A model generated the notes under the pieces. It saw only the letters and a program-made list of their open reading frames with translations, was not told where the DNA came from and did not search any database. A program made the position numbers and the translations under genes. Positions 10,230 through 20,420 of a stretch of DNA of 64,000 nucleotides are shown here, piece after piece. Source of the stretch: Nitrospirota bacterium (GTDB taxonomy: Bacteria > Nitrospirota > UBA9217); the NCBI GenBank assembly GCA_963751455.1, contig CAVVUN010000006.1:192001-256000 (forward strand), given 5' to 3'. How positions within the stretch are numbered: the stretch's first letter is position 1; each line of letters begins with the position of its first letter.

Positions 10230-10325
10230 AGCTCATCCCCCTGCGCATATTTGCTGCCGTACAATGTCTGAACTCAACGTGAGATTTATTATATGCTCCT
10301 CGCATGCCGAAAAGAATAAAGATGA

Positions 10326-10772
10326 CTACAACTTTATCAAAAATTCGCATACCTCGTCGCCCCTGCCGATGGAGCGTTTGATTTCTACCTCAACCGTCTT
10401 TTTTTCCGCCTGGGAAAATATTGCTTCCATCATGCCCTGTGAGCAATAACATTGGACGGGATGAAGTTCGATCAATCCGGACCGGACAAGCGGGCAGCCG
10501 CATTCGCCAAATATGCTTTTGACGGTATTCCCTTCAAACTCCCACTTGCCGTTCAGCTTGCGCTTGTCACGAAGCATATTCCATCCTGTTACAAGATCCT
10601 CAACGGAGCCTACCCTTCTTTCCAGGTACTTTTCACATAGTTGCATTAAATCTGAAGCACATGCTTTTCCGGCCGGCATCATTATGGTGTATTTCAGGTT
10701 CTTGTCAAGCCGGTCAATGCTTTCATGCAAACGCGCTATCCAGGTTCTATTTTTGCCTACCGGAATGTTCAT
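10326..10772 (-). CDS. Cys-rich V4R-like/DUF6144-like protein
   Basis: CGCPLV, CYCSQG, SIGRGDEVCEF. Confidence 0.65.
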   Translation of the reverse strand: MNIPVGKNRTWIARLHESIDRLDKNLKYTIMMPAGKACASDLMQLCEKYLERRVGSVEDLVTGWNMLRDKRKLNGKWEFEGNTVKSIFGECGCPLVRSGLIELHPVQCYCSQGMMEAIFSQAEKKTVEVEIKRSIGRGDEVCEFLIKL

Positions 10773-10802
10773 TATCGCCTCCAGCAGAAAGGGGCTCACA
10801 CG

Positions 10803-11246
10803 TTACCGCTCCTCGTCTTTGTTCAGAATGATATCAACCATGGTTTTCCGCGGTTGACAGAACAGCTTCTTGACCCGGCCCCGAAATTCTTCCGGTGTAA
10901 CATGTTCTTCGTGTGTGCCGATCACAATTCTGATATTTGAGAAGGATTGTTGAAGCGCATCCCTGTATTTTTCCTTGAACGGACAAAGTGCCTTTATGCA
11001 ATAGGAAAAATGTATAGTGTCGACCTGGAAATCGGTTAATGCCCGGATTCTATTGATCAGCTTGTCAGGTCCGGTGAGCGTAGGACAGCCCGGACAGTTT
11101 ATAATACCCATGAGTGTGAGTTTTTCATCAGGCGGGTAATTTGCGAACGTCCCTTTTCTTTTTCTAAAATCCGCCAGACAACTGGCTGAAGAGCAGCCGA
11201 GGTCCTGTGTAGCATTGGAACAAGTCAAAATGCCTATTCTTGCCAT
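10803..11246 (-). CDS. CGGC domain protein
   Basis: CSSASC, CPGCP, CIKALCPF, GTH. Confidence 0.8.
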   Translation of the reverse strand: MARIGILTCSNATQDLGCSSASCLADFRKRKGTFANYPPDEKLTLMGIINCPGCPTLTGPDKLINRIRALTDFQVDTIHFSYCIKALCPFKEKYRDALQQSFSNIRIVIGTHEEHVTPEEFRGRVKKLFCQPRKTMVDIILNKDEER

Positions 11247-11381
11247 ATCCGGTCCTCACTTTTCTTATTCATGAATTACTTCTAAAAATCTGAGAGCACT
11301 TTACTATCGACCCTGCAGAAGCGTATGTTGCGCCTGGCGAGATCCAGCAGTCAATTTCTTTGCCCAAGTTTTCTTTCCAGT

Positions 11382-11556
11382 GGAGCCCCCTCCGGCAGGA
11401 GCCGGAGGCTCCCCTCAATAACGCGACCTCCCGCCTGCACCAAGCGTTTACGAGTGCGCTTAGCGCGAGTGCATGGCGGAACTGCTAACTCGCGTTTGCA
11501 CGGCGCTTCATGCCGGCGCGAGTTAGCGCTTTCCACCCCCGGCGGGAGCCGGGGGA
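11382..11556. repeat. Cluster of four consecutive GC-rich hairpins
   Basis: Two CCGGC-RGGA-GCCGG hairpins flank a 45-bp micro-element and a GCTAACTCGCG...CGCGAGTTAGC hairpin. Confidence 0.7.
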
Positions 11557-11591
11557 TGCCAAGGCGCGGGATAGCAAGCTTCCGCCAGGCT

Positions 11592-11969
11592 TCAGTTCTT
11601 CCTGTCTCTCAGCCATTTTGTTGCTTCGTCAAGATCGAAAAAGAACTTTAATGTTTCCGTTTGCATGAATTCTTTTTCCGCTCTTCCCTGCGGTGAATCG
11701 CCGATTATCATGATGACATAGTCGATCTTTTGTCTTATAGCTGAAGCTGTTCCAATTCCTTGACGCCATGTCTTGTGCGCCATCAAGCTAGTAAAGTTTG
11801 CGCCTTGCATATTTATGATCACATTGATCCTGCCGTCTTGCTGAATGTCAGTCTCAATGATTTCGACAGCTTCCTTTACACCCCTTTCGGCGTCTTCAAT
11901 CGTTACGTCTCCGCTAATCCGGTGCATCACGGTAGCTCTAATATCCTTATGTTTTTCTGTGATGAGCAT
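11592..11969 (-). CDS. STAS/SEC14-like small protein
   Basis: 125 aa ending in KFFFDLDEATKWL, typical of the SpoIIAA-like family. Confidence 0.65.
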   Translation of the reverse strand: MLITEKHKDIRATVMHRISGDVTIEDAERGVKEAVEIIETDIQQDGRINVIINMQGANFTSLMAHKTWRQGIGTASAIRQKIDYVIMIIGDSPQGRAEKEFMQTETLKFFFDLDEATKWLRDRKN

Positions 11970-13415
11970 TTTGCTCGTGTAATTCAGTCAAGCCCTTTAC
12001 AAATTCGATCACTGCTTTCGAAACGGTCATCCCGGACGCAACACAATCGCCGACTCCGATGCCGTGATAAGAGCAGCCGGCCAGAAAGAGTCCTTTGTGC
12101 CGAGAGAGCCGATCTTCTATACATCGCACCCGTTCAAGGTGTCCCAATGTATATTGAGGCCGCTCTTCAATCCAGCGATGAATAGCCGTCTTGACCGGAG
12201 CAGCTGTAATTCCGAAAAGATCGGACAACTCTTCCCGGACAAGCTTGATCAGATCTCTGTCCTCCATCAAGGCCAACTCCTGGTTCCGGTAGCCTCCCAG
12301 GAAGACCCTTATGAGACTATATTTTGGCTCAGGAACACGGTTATTCCACTTCGTGGAGCTGAGCGTCAGTGCCGATATCTTTCTTTTCTCCATAGCGGGA
12401 ATCATCAGTCCGAATCCGTCCGGAATTTTCGCGAGTTCATGCGATCTGAAGGCCAGGGACAGATTTGCGGAGGATCCCTGAGGGATCTCCCGCAATAGGC
12501 CGGCGACCCGGCTATCCACTTCATCAAGAATCCGCGCTGCCTGATTTGACACCGTTGCAAGAACCGCCGCATCAACTTCCATCGGATCATGGCCATTCGA
12601 GAAAAACAACTTGTAGCCGGTTTTATTTTTACGCGATACTTTTTCGATCCGGGTTACGCTTCTCCCCGTAAGGATCCGATTTTTTTCCAGACCTGCAATA
12701 AGAGAATCAGTGATCTCGCCCATCCCATGCATGAAACTCAGGAAGTGACTTCCGCTCGCCTTGGACTTCGCAAACGAGGTTTTTACTCTGGCTGTCAGCA
12801 TGGCCCGGGTCATGCTTCCATACTCTTCTTCCATTTTTAAGAAAGCGGGGAAAGCTGGCTTGAAGACTCATCGTTTCCGGATTATTGGAATGAATGCCGC
12901 CGACCAGGGGCGCCGCAATTTTGTCGAGAATTTCTTGCCCTAAACGCCGCTGAACGAACGACGGCAGCGTCTCGTCCGCAGCATCTTTCCTTCTTGGAAT
13001 GAAAGCATCGCAGGCCATACGCGCTTTGCCTTTCCACGAGATCAGGGGGCTGAGCAGGAAGGGGGTTATCTTCGTTGGAAGGAGCAGCAGGAGACCTTCA
13101 GGCAGTTCATGAATTTTGCCCTGGGAATAGATGTAAGGAGCGTTTGCTTGATTCGTTCGGATTTAAAACTCGGTCTTCAATGCCGAGCTGAGATACGAGC
13201 TGATTGACCCACGGCTTTTCGGCTATAAAACAATCAGGGCCTGCTTCGACACGGAAGCCATCGATATTCTCGGTAATTACTTTGCCGCCTAATCGCCTTG
13301 CTCGCTCGATAAGTACATAGTCGATGGGTTCGGATGAATTCTTATTATGCTGCTCCAAAGCATGGGCTATCGTCAGCCCGGTGATCCCGCCGCCGATTAT
13401 CGCAACACGTTTCAT
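11947..13415 (-). pseudogene. hemY: Protoporphyrinogen/coproporphyrinogen oxidase (HemY type) split by two frameshifts
   Basis: IIGGGITGL, EAGPDCF, PQYTLGH, YHGIGVGDC spread over three ORF pieces; shifts near 13135 and 12835. Confidence 0.85.
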
Positions 13416-13682
13416 AATCTATGTTTCACTCCTGGACGCCTTATTTTACAGAACCTACTTTGTTCAACAGCCAATTGCAACCTTCATTGAAGTCGTAAAA
13501 GAATCGCACGATTTCGGTTTAATCTTGGCATATGTTATTGTTTCAATCATAGTCATTCTCCGGCAATATTATTTATTGCAAATCCTGTCGTCAACAAGCA
13601 TGCGGCCGGTTCAAATTAGGAGTATAGCCGAGAATGAGAGGAGGTTAAAGAAAAAATGGCGGATATTTATGGAACAAATTTT

Positions 13683-13848
13683 GTAACCATTCAGCTTCTT
13701 TTCAGAACGGCATTAAGACAAATCTGAGAAAAAAACCTTCTATCCGCAGATTTCGCAGATTTACGCAGATTTTAACCGGAATTCTGGTTTTGTTTTTATC
13801 TGCGAAATCTGCGTAATCTGCGGATAAAAAAATGACCTGAATAGTTAC
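13683..13848. mobile_element. IS66-like MITE, copy 1 (166 bp)
   Basis: TIRs GTAACCATTCAG/CTGAATAGTTAC; 8-bp TSD CAAATTTT; internal inverted (CGCAGATTT)n repeats. Confidence 0.85.
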
Positions 13849-13987
13849 CAAATTTTGACTGTTCCTATCCTCATCATCTTCGCAGTACCGACCTCGGCAT
13901 CCGCGAATTGACTCTGCAGCAAGTTCTTCGATTCGCTTCGGTCGGACTTCTTCGCCGCTCGATTTATCGTCGGCCGTTCGCTGTGTT

Positions 13988-14848
13988 TCAACTCCCCGCC
14001 TCATTCCGAAATGATAGTTGCGATAGATATTCCTTGCTGAGTTCCATGACCATTTTCAACGCAAACTCGTCGGATTCCTTTATTCGCTCGAACCGGAATT
14101 TCTGATAGAGCAGGTCCATCTGCTTCAAAAAGGCAGTCAGCAGGATGTTACAGCTTTTTAGTATAGCATCAGGCTGCAGTGGCGCGTCGGAGTCCATGAT
14201 TGCCTTAACTATATAATCGCTTCCCCGGTTTTCATAATGGGACAGCGCAACGGCCCTCGGCGGGTTGTTCCGAAAATAATCATCAAGGTGGGCCATGAAG
14301 TATCGAACGTTTGTAAGCTCCGCATGGGCAAAGAAAAGTTCTTCCCGGCGGACGCGTCGATACACTTCCTGCGCACACGAAATCACCCGGCTAATGCTCC
14401 GATCGATCTCAGCGATGTCATGCGAAAAGGTCAAACCACGCGAAGTTTCGACAAGCCGGGCGACCAGACCCTCCGGATCGTACACTATCCGGACCGGCAG
14501 GCTATACCAGGGCGACGGTTTGAGGTGCTCGGGAGTAAAGTAAAAGACGTCCACTTTATTGAAAGGCTTGAAATGCGACACGCAGTGAATTGCATCTTCG
14601 ATCCATTCATTAAAGAGCCATTCTCCCCAGTTCTTCGGCATTGACAAGCGATCGGAAACGAATTTTTTATGGTACTCCGGATCGACGACTATTCGAAAAT
14701 CTATGTCTGAATAAGCATCGGTCGTTCCTTCCGCGACGGAGCCCCCGACAAAGATAGCCTTCACGCCCTTCCTCGACCGAAAATAATCAACTACATTTTT
14801 GAATAGTCTCTCGCGCGCATCAATTATTTCTTGTTCACTTATTGACAT
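13988..14848 (-). CDS. Nucleotidyltransferase (aminoglycoside/lincosamide NTase-like)
   Basis: GGSVAEGTTDAYSDIDF Pol-beta motif plus helical C-terminal domain. Confidence 0.75.
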   Translation of the reverse strand: MSISEQEIIDARERLFKNVVDYFRSRKGVKAIFVGGSVAEGTTDAYSDIDFRIVVDPEYHKKFVSDRLSMPKNWGEWLFNEWIEDAIHCVSHFKPFNKVDVFYFTPEHLKPSPWYSLPVRIVYDPEGLVARLVETSRGLTFSHDIAEIDRSISRVISCAQEVYRRVRREELFFAHAELTNVRYFMAHLDDYFRNNPPRAVALSHYENRGSDYIVKAIMDSDAPLQPDAILKSCNILLTAFLKQMDLLYQKFRFERIKESDEFALKMVMELSKEYLSQLSFRNEAGS

Positions 14849-14880
14849 ATATTTACCCTTTTGTCTGCTGATTATCCCGG

Positions 14881-16116
14881 CTAACACTTCAGGTTCTTCT
14901 TGATCCTCTCAACCGCCTCCTCTGCACTCGCCTGATTGCCTAAAGATGAAAGCCGGAAGAATCCTTCGCCACTCGGCCCAAAGCCGCTGCCCGGGGTGCC
15001 GACGACGTTGCACTCTTTGAGAAGCTTGTCGAAGAAAGCCCAACTGCTCATACCGCCGGGAGTTTTGAGCCAGATATAGGGGGCGTTGACGCCGCCGTAG
15101 ATGGTGAGGCCGGCGGAGGACAAGCCTTCGCGGATTATTTTGGCATTCCCCATGTAGTAGTCGATGATTTCCTTGATCTGTTTCCACCCTTCATCGGTGT
15201 AGACTGCGGCCGCAGCCTTCTGGACTGGATAGGAGGCGCCGTTAAACTTGGTGGTGGTGCGGCGCAGCCAGAGCTTGTTGAAACTGTAACGCTCGCCGGT
15301 GGAGGTCTTGCCGGTCAACTCTTCGGGAACGACCACCAGGCCGCAGCGGACGCCGGTGAAACCGGCGGTCTTGGAGAAGGAGCGGAACTCGATGGCGCAC
15401 TTCTTAGCCCCTTCCACCTCATAGATGGAATGGGGGAGTGACGGATTGGTGATGAATGCCTCGTAAGCGGCATCGAAGAAGATGACGGCATCGTTCGCGA
15501 CAGCGTAATCGACCCACTTCTTGAGCTCTGCTTTCGCGGCGACAGCGCCGGTGGGGTTATTAGGGAAGCAGAGATAGATGATGTCCACCTTTTCCTTCGG
15601 AAGCGCCGGTATGAAGTGGTTCGCCTCTGTGCACGGCAAGTAGACAACACCCTTGTAGTACCCCTCCGCGTCAGCCTCGCCGGTGCGGCCGATCATGACG
15701 TTGGTGTCGTTATAGACCGGGTAGACCGGATCGCCGATGGCGACAACGTTGTCGAGGTCGAAAATATCGAGGATGTTGGCTGTATCGCATTTAGAACCGT
15801 CTGATATAAAAATCTCCAGAGGTTTCAGCGAAACTCCGAGCGGCCTATATGACTTTTCGATAATAGCCTTAACGAGCCATTCGTACCCTTGCTCCGGGCC
15901 GTAGCCGGCAAACGTTTCCTCGCTCGCAAGGTCATTAACCGCATCATGGAAAGCTTTAATGACTAAGGGTGGGAGCGGTCGGGATACATCGCCGATGCCC
16001 AGCCGGATGACCTTGACATTGGGGTTTGCCTCAGTAAAGGCTCGGACGCGGCGTCCAATCTCAGGGAATAGGTATCCAGCCTTGAGTTTCAAGTAGTTGT
16101 CATTGATAAAAGCCAT
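14881..16116 (-). CDS. dapL: LL-diaminopimelate aminotransferase
   Basis: [39 protein letters not shown]. Confidence 0.95.
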   Translation of the reverse strand: MAFINDNYLKLKAGYLFPEIGRRVRAFTEANPNVKVIRLGIGDVSRPLPPLVIKAFHDAVNDLASEETFAGYGPEQGYEWLVKAIIEKSYRPLGVSLKPLEIFISDGSKCDTANILDIFDLDNVVAIGDPVYPVYNDTNVMIGRTGEADAEGYYKGVVYLPCTEANHFIPALPKEKVDIIYLCFPNNPTGAVAAKAELKKWVDYAVANDAVIFFDAAYEAFITNPSLPHSIYEVEGAKKCAIEFRSFSKTAGFTGVRCGLVVVPEELTGKTSTGERYSFNKLWLRRTTTKFNGASYPVQKAAAAVYTDEGWKQIKEIIDYYMGNAKIIREGLSSAGLTIYGGVNAPYIWLKTPGGMSSWAFFDKLLKECNVVGTPGSGFGPSGEGFFRLSSLGNQASAEEAVERIKKNLKC

Positions 16117-16142
16117 TACAGGAAAACCCCCTTGAAACGATA

Positions 16143-16308
16143 GTAACCATTCAGCTTCTTTTCAGAACGGCATTAAGACAAATCTGAGAAAAAACCCTTC
16201 TATCCGCAGATTTCGCAGATTTACGCAGATTTTAACCGGAATTCTGGTTTTGTTTTTATCTGCGAAATCTGCGTAATCTGCGGATAAAAAAATGACCTGA
16301 ATAGTTAC
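16143..16308. mobile_element. IS66-like MITE, copy 2 (166 bp)
   Basis: One mismatch to copy 1; own 8-bp TSD AAACGATA. Confidence 0.85.
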
Positions 16309-16394
16309 AAACGATAAATCAATAAGCAATAAATATAGAAACGCCTCACGTTTCTCTCGGCAGTATCCTTGAACCACTCAGTCAGATTAATCGA

Positions 16395-17540
16395 TCAAAC
16401 TTGAGCCTTCTTCGAAAAAGATAATTTATTATAAGGTGTCACATCCGGCGGTCCCGGGGCTACATGGAATTCCGGCTCTTCAGACAGGACCATAATTGTA
16501 GAGGCAAACGTAAAAGCATATTCCTGCCCTTTCGGCCTGCAGACAGGATATTCTACTGAATCGTGCGACGTGAGAGCCTCCTTCACAAATGGAACGCCCC
16601 ATCCAACTGAATCAACTGTAAACCTCCGCTCCAGGGCTTGCAGCCGATTCCGTGTGTTCGGCTCAACATTTTCCAGATTGGTCCCTCTTTCCAGCAGTGC
16701 GCGGTAATCCGAAATGTAATCGTCGTTGACCAGGGGATGGTTGGTATGCCACACGACGTCCTCTCTCCTGCTCGGCTTAAAACGGCTGATCTGTCCGGCC
16801 GAACATTCGAAGCTGTAAACATTGGTCGGCCCGCCGAGGACATAGTTTTGTCCCGAAGCATGTTTGATACGATGGAGAAATCCGATTGCTTCGTCCTCGG
16901 TGCGCTGCTGCAGCACGCCCCGGACAACGCAGGCAACCGGCAATCCATCACGGCAGTTGTTTAACTGGGGCAGCATATTGCAGCAGATTCCGATTGCTTT
17001 GTTATTCATGCCGTTCAAGCCAATGCAGCCCGCAAGAGTCAAGACATATGATTCCATGTCAAGGTCCTGGTGCTTGATATGCAGGACCAACTGGAATCCA
17101 TCAGTATAAGACTCGATATCCATATTCTGCGCAATGCAGGCTGCCTGCTGATCTCTCATGCTGAACCCCAGGCTGCTGCAACGGTCTTGCGCAATCGTTT
17201 TTCCGTTGGCGTAGCATTCATCTGCGAGCTGAAAAACAAACATCGTGTCGAAGTCAACGCCCGCGCCTTCTGCAATACCTTTGATTTCCTCCAAGAGCTC
17301 CGGTGTCCATATTCGCACCGCAGCAGCATAATCCGACCGGCTGACGAAACGCTTGATGAAGGCGTCCGCCTCAATCTTGGAATGCCGCGCAAGCTCTATT
17401 TTCCACAGATGCAGCAGCTCGTGAATTTGTTCTCTCATGGTCCTGCCGTGGATCAAACCTCGGTTGCGGGGCGTACCCTCCAGGGGCAACACCTTGAGTT
17501 TGCCGGAGACTTCTATGGCTGGGGGTGCCTGACCCTTCAT
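16395..17540 (-). CDS. Peptidase C45 / Ntn-hydrolase (acyl-CoA:6-APA acyltransferase-like)
   Basis: EEIKGIAEGAG, autocleavage site R-CSS, AQNMD, GMNNKAI, HTNH. Confidence 0.85.
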   Translation of the reverse strand: MKGQAPPAIEVSGKLKVLPLEGTPRNRGLIHGRTMREQIHELLHLWKIELARHSKIEADAFIKRFVSRSDYAAAVRIWTPELLEEIKGIAEGAGVDFDTMFVFQLADECYANGKTIAQDRCSSLGFSMRDQQAACIAQNMDIESYTDGFQLVLHIKHQDLDMESYVLTLAGCIGLNGMNNKAIGICCNMLPQLNNCRDGLPVACVVRGVLQQRTEDEAIGFLHRIKHASGQNYVLGGPTNVYSFECSAGQISRFKPSRREDVVWHTNHPLVNDDYISDYRALLERGTNLENVEPNTRNRLQALERRFTVDSVGWGVPFVKEALTSHDSVEYPVCRPKGQEYAFTFASTIMVLSEEPEFHVAPGPPDVTPYNKLSFSKKAQV

Positions 17541-17607
17541 ACCTTCATCTCCTCCGCTTATGAGTGGGAAGTCATGAACCTTGGTCTCGTCGTGCCGGGT
17601 GGAGTAA

Positions 17608-18342
17608 TCATGCCATCTCCCCACAATAGATAAAAGATGTCACGCAAAAGAAATATTGCCCCTTCGCGTTGTTCTCAATCAATTCGCAATGCAACCTTTC
17701 ATACTCCACTGTACTGATCCTGCCCTTATCAATCAACTTCGCGATATCCTGCATGCGGTCGAAACCGTATTTACCCGGCTCATAACACGTCTCAATAAGA
17801 TTAAAGGAATCCGGCTTCCCTCGAAACTTCCTGCTGCCCTCAAAAAATCCCCAAAGTTTTCTTCCCATTTGGCTGTCGCAATCATCCATCCATGGCTGTT
17901 TCCAGTTGGAAAAAGCTGAGATTGCTTTCCGGGCGATGTCTTTGCTTTCGACGTCATATAGCATCGTGTCCCAATCCCAATGCGCTGCCAGCACTTTTCC
18001 GCCCGGTTTCAAAAGCCGATGGAATTCGTCGATTAGCGCCTTCTTGTTACTGATGCATTCAATGACATCAATTGTGACGATTAAATCAAAGGAGGCATCC
18101 GGTTGGCTAAGTTTACAGTCGAATTTTTCGCAGCCAAATTTGATGTTTGGGTATCTCTTGTTCGCCTCTTTGATGAATTGCTCGTTCCCGTCTATCCCGA
18201 GCAGATTGGATCCGGCGCCGACATTTCGGGAAATAAGTCCAAGCAAATCCCCTGCCCCGCAGCCAAAATCCAGGATGGAATATTGAGCGCTCGAAGACAG
18301 GTTTAGCTTTGAAACGCAATACTCAAATAAGCTTTTCTTCAT
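17608..18342 (-). CDS. Class I SAM methyltransferase
   Basis: ILDFGCGAG, LKPGG. Confidence 0.88.
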   Translation of the reverse strand: MKKSLFEYCVSKLNLSSSAQYSILDFGCGAGDLLGLISRNVGAGSNLLGIDGNEQFIKEANKRYPNIKFGCEKFDCKLSQPDASFDLIVTIDVIECISNKKALIDEFHRLLKPGGKVLAAHWDWDTMLYDVESKDIARKAISAFSNWKQPWMDDCDSQMGRKLWGFFEGSRKFRGKPDSFNLIETCYEPGKYGFDRMQDIAKLIDKGRISTVEYERLHCELIENNAKGQYFFCVTSFIYCGEMA

Positions 18343-18343
18343 A

Positions 18344-18557
18344 CTAGTGTAGTGTCTCTTAAATGGACGGTGTTATGATGATTTCTCATCGAAAACTTAT
18401 CTTCGCATGAATATTTGCTGATGAATTTGTAGGGCGACCCTTTAGGGTTGCTGCTGTTCCGGCGCTTTCAGCAAGGCTAAAGCCTTGCCCTACAAGTTTG
18501 GTTGCGGCCTGCTGCCGCGCTATGATAACACCAGTCGTTTGTGAGACACTACACTAG
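18344..18557. mobile_element. IS630-like MITE carrying a GTAG-type REP doublet
   Basis: Perfect 15-bp IR CTAGTGTAGTGTCTC/GAGACACTACACTAG; internal GTAGGGCGACCCTTTAGGGTTGC and GCAAGGCTAAAGCCTTGCCCTAC. Confidence 0.75.
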
Positions 18558-18574
18558 ATTTAACCGCTCTGCAG

Positions 18575-19762
18575 CTACACAGACTTTCTTAAAAGCTCCC
18601 GAATTGCCCCACCCAGTCGGTTGATGCCTATCTCTATCGTAGGTTCATCCACGCATGAAAAATTAAGCCGCATGGTCCGGGTCCTTGTCCTATTGACATA
18701 AAACGGGTTGCCAGGCACAAAAATCACTTTTTCCTTTACGGCCAGGTTGAACAGGTCGAGCGACACGCAATCCCGGGGCAATTCCGCCCATATAAACATT
18801 CCCCCCTGCGGCGTGGTATGCGCCACTTCACGAGGAAAATGCTTCCGGATGCTCTGTATCATCGCCCTGCATTGGTTTCCGTAGGCTTCCCGGATTTTGC
18901 TTATATGTTTGTCTATATCGTAATCCATAAGATACTGGTAAATAATTGCCTGCGTAAACCCGCTTGTGTGGAGATCGGTTGCCTGCTTAGCGATCAGCAG
19001 TTTCTCCATAATTTGCTTTGGAGCAGCAATCCACCCCAGGCGGAACCCCGGGACAATGATTTTGGAGAACGAACCCAGGAGCACGGTAGTATCCGGCAGC
19101 AGCTCTTTGAACGACTTTCGGGCTTCGCCCTCGAACCTCAACTCGCCGTAAGGATCGTCTTCTATCAATATGGTCTTCGTGCGTTGAAGAAGTGCCGATA
19201 CCTCGCGCCTGTTTTCCTCCGAGTAGGATATGCCGGACGGATTCTGGAAATTGGGGACGATGTACATCAGCTTCGGTTTTTCCGATGACATAACCGCTCT
19301 CAGTTTGCCTGTATCCATTCCCGTTTCCGACACGGGTATGGGAAGAAACTTCGGTTTATAAATCGAAAAGGCCTGGATGGCGCCGAGATACCCCGGCTCT
19401 TCAATTATCAAACTGTCGCCATCGTTCAGGAATATCTTTCCCAGAAGATCAAGGCCTTGTTGTGAGCCGCTTGTAATCAGGATGTTTTCAACAGGAATAT
19501 CGATATGCTTCTGACGATATCGATCCGAGATATATTCCCTCAGCCCGGCATTTCCTTCAGAACTGCTGTACTGGTAAATATCCCTGCCATGCGTTCTGAA
19601 TACCTTGTTTGTCGCTTCCTGGATCTCTTCAGCGGGAAACAGCTCCCTGTTGGGCAGTCCTCCGGCAAAAGAGATTATCTCGCGGTCGAGCGTGACCTTC
19701 AGAATTTCGCGAATGAATGAACGCGGGACGTCAGCCATTCTGTCTGAAAAGAGGTCGTTCAT
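18575..19762 (-). CDS. Class I PLP aminotransferase (LysN/Aro8-like)
   Basis: ISFAGGLP, PNFQNPSG, EDDPYGEL, GSFSKIIVPGFRLGW. Confidence 0.88.
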   Translation of the reverse strand: MNDLFSDRMADVPRSFIREILKVTLDREIISFAGGLPNRELFPAEEIQEATNKVFRTHGRDIYQYSSSEGNAGLREYISDRYRQKHIDIPVENILITSGSQQGLDLLGKIFLNDGDSLIIEEPGYLGAIQAFSIYKPKFLPIPVSETGMDTGKLRAVMSSEKPKLMYIVPNFQNPSGISYSEENRREVSALLQRTKTILIEDDPYGELRFEGEARKSFKELLPDTTVLLGSFSKIIVPGFRLGWIAAPKQIMEKLLIAKQATDLHTSGFTQAIIYQYLMDYDIDKHISKIREAYGNQCRAMIQSIRKHFPREVAHTTPQGGMFIWAELPRDCVSLDLFNLAVKEKVIFVPGNPFYVNRTRTRTMRLNFSCVDEPTIEIGINRLGGAIRELLRKSV

Positions 19763-19802
19763 TGTATATTCCCCCGTGGTTTTATCGATCCGATCACCCG
19801 AA

Positions 19803-20312
19803 TCATATTCTCCTTTTTTCAAGACAGACCAGCGCGACATGTTCACCCTGGAGTTTCTCCTGAAATTTGCGATACCCGAGTTTATCATATAAAACAAGAT
19901 TCTTCACGCTTTTATGACCGGTGTTCAACTCATAGCGCCGCGCGCCGCTGAACCTGTTTTCAATATCGAACATCAGCTTTTTCCCGATGCCCCTGTTTTG
20001 ATAATCGGGATGGACGATCAACCGGGATATGAAGCACGTATCCCCCTCTACTACGGCCCTGACAGATCCGACTATCCTGGACCCATTTATTGCTTTCAGG
20101 AACGAATATGTTTTGAAATCGCGAACCAGCTCCTCCAGCGTCTGCACGAGCGGAGGCAGCGATAAATCGTTATACAAAATCCCCTGGCGGTAAAAGGCCA
20201 GTTTCTGGACTTCCAATATCTCTTCGGCGTCGATTTCCAATGCATCACATATGTTAACGGTGATCACGCTGATATCCCTTCGATAGAAGACTACAAAGTC
20301 TGTCTCGTGCAA
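19803..20312 (-). CDS. GNAT N-acetyltransferase (start uncertain)
   Basis: RLIVHPDYQNRGIG, LYDKLGY. Confidence 0.85.
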   Translation of the reverse strand: MHETDFVVFYRRDISVITVNICDALEIDAEEILEVQKLAFYRQGILYNDLSLPPLVQTLEELVRDFKTYSFLKAINGSRIVGSVRAVVEGDTCFISRLIVHPDYQNRGIGKKLMFDIENRFSGARRYELNTGHKSVKNLVLYDKLGYRKFQEKLQGEHVALVCLEKRRI

Positions 20313-20420
20313 AGCCGTACCCTGCTACAGAACGCGGGCATGAACAAAATCCGCAAGAAGTAGAGCGTAGGGCATGCAGGTGCGTCTTTGCAAATAAATC
20401 ACTGTTCTTAAGCTCTTTAT

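Noticed and set aside
13683-16308. Composite transposon carrying dapL and the nucleotidyltransferase between two near-identical MITEs
   Set aside because: Each MITE has its own distinct 8-bp TSD and the outer flanks do not match, so these are two independent insertions.
13702-16377. ORFs 13702-14004 and 16162-16377 sharing the peptide SADYADFADKNK...ICVNLRNLR
   Set aside because: These are translations of the MITE repeat DNA, not genes. The same applies to short ORFs at 34150, 49967, 50098, 57944, 58230 and 61956.
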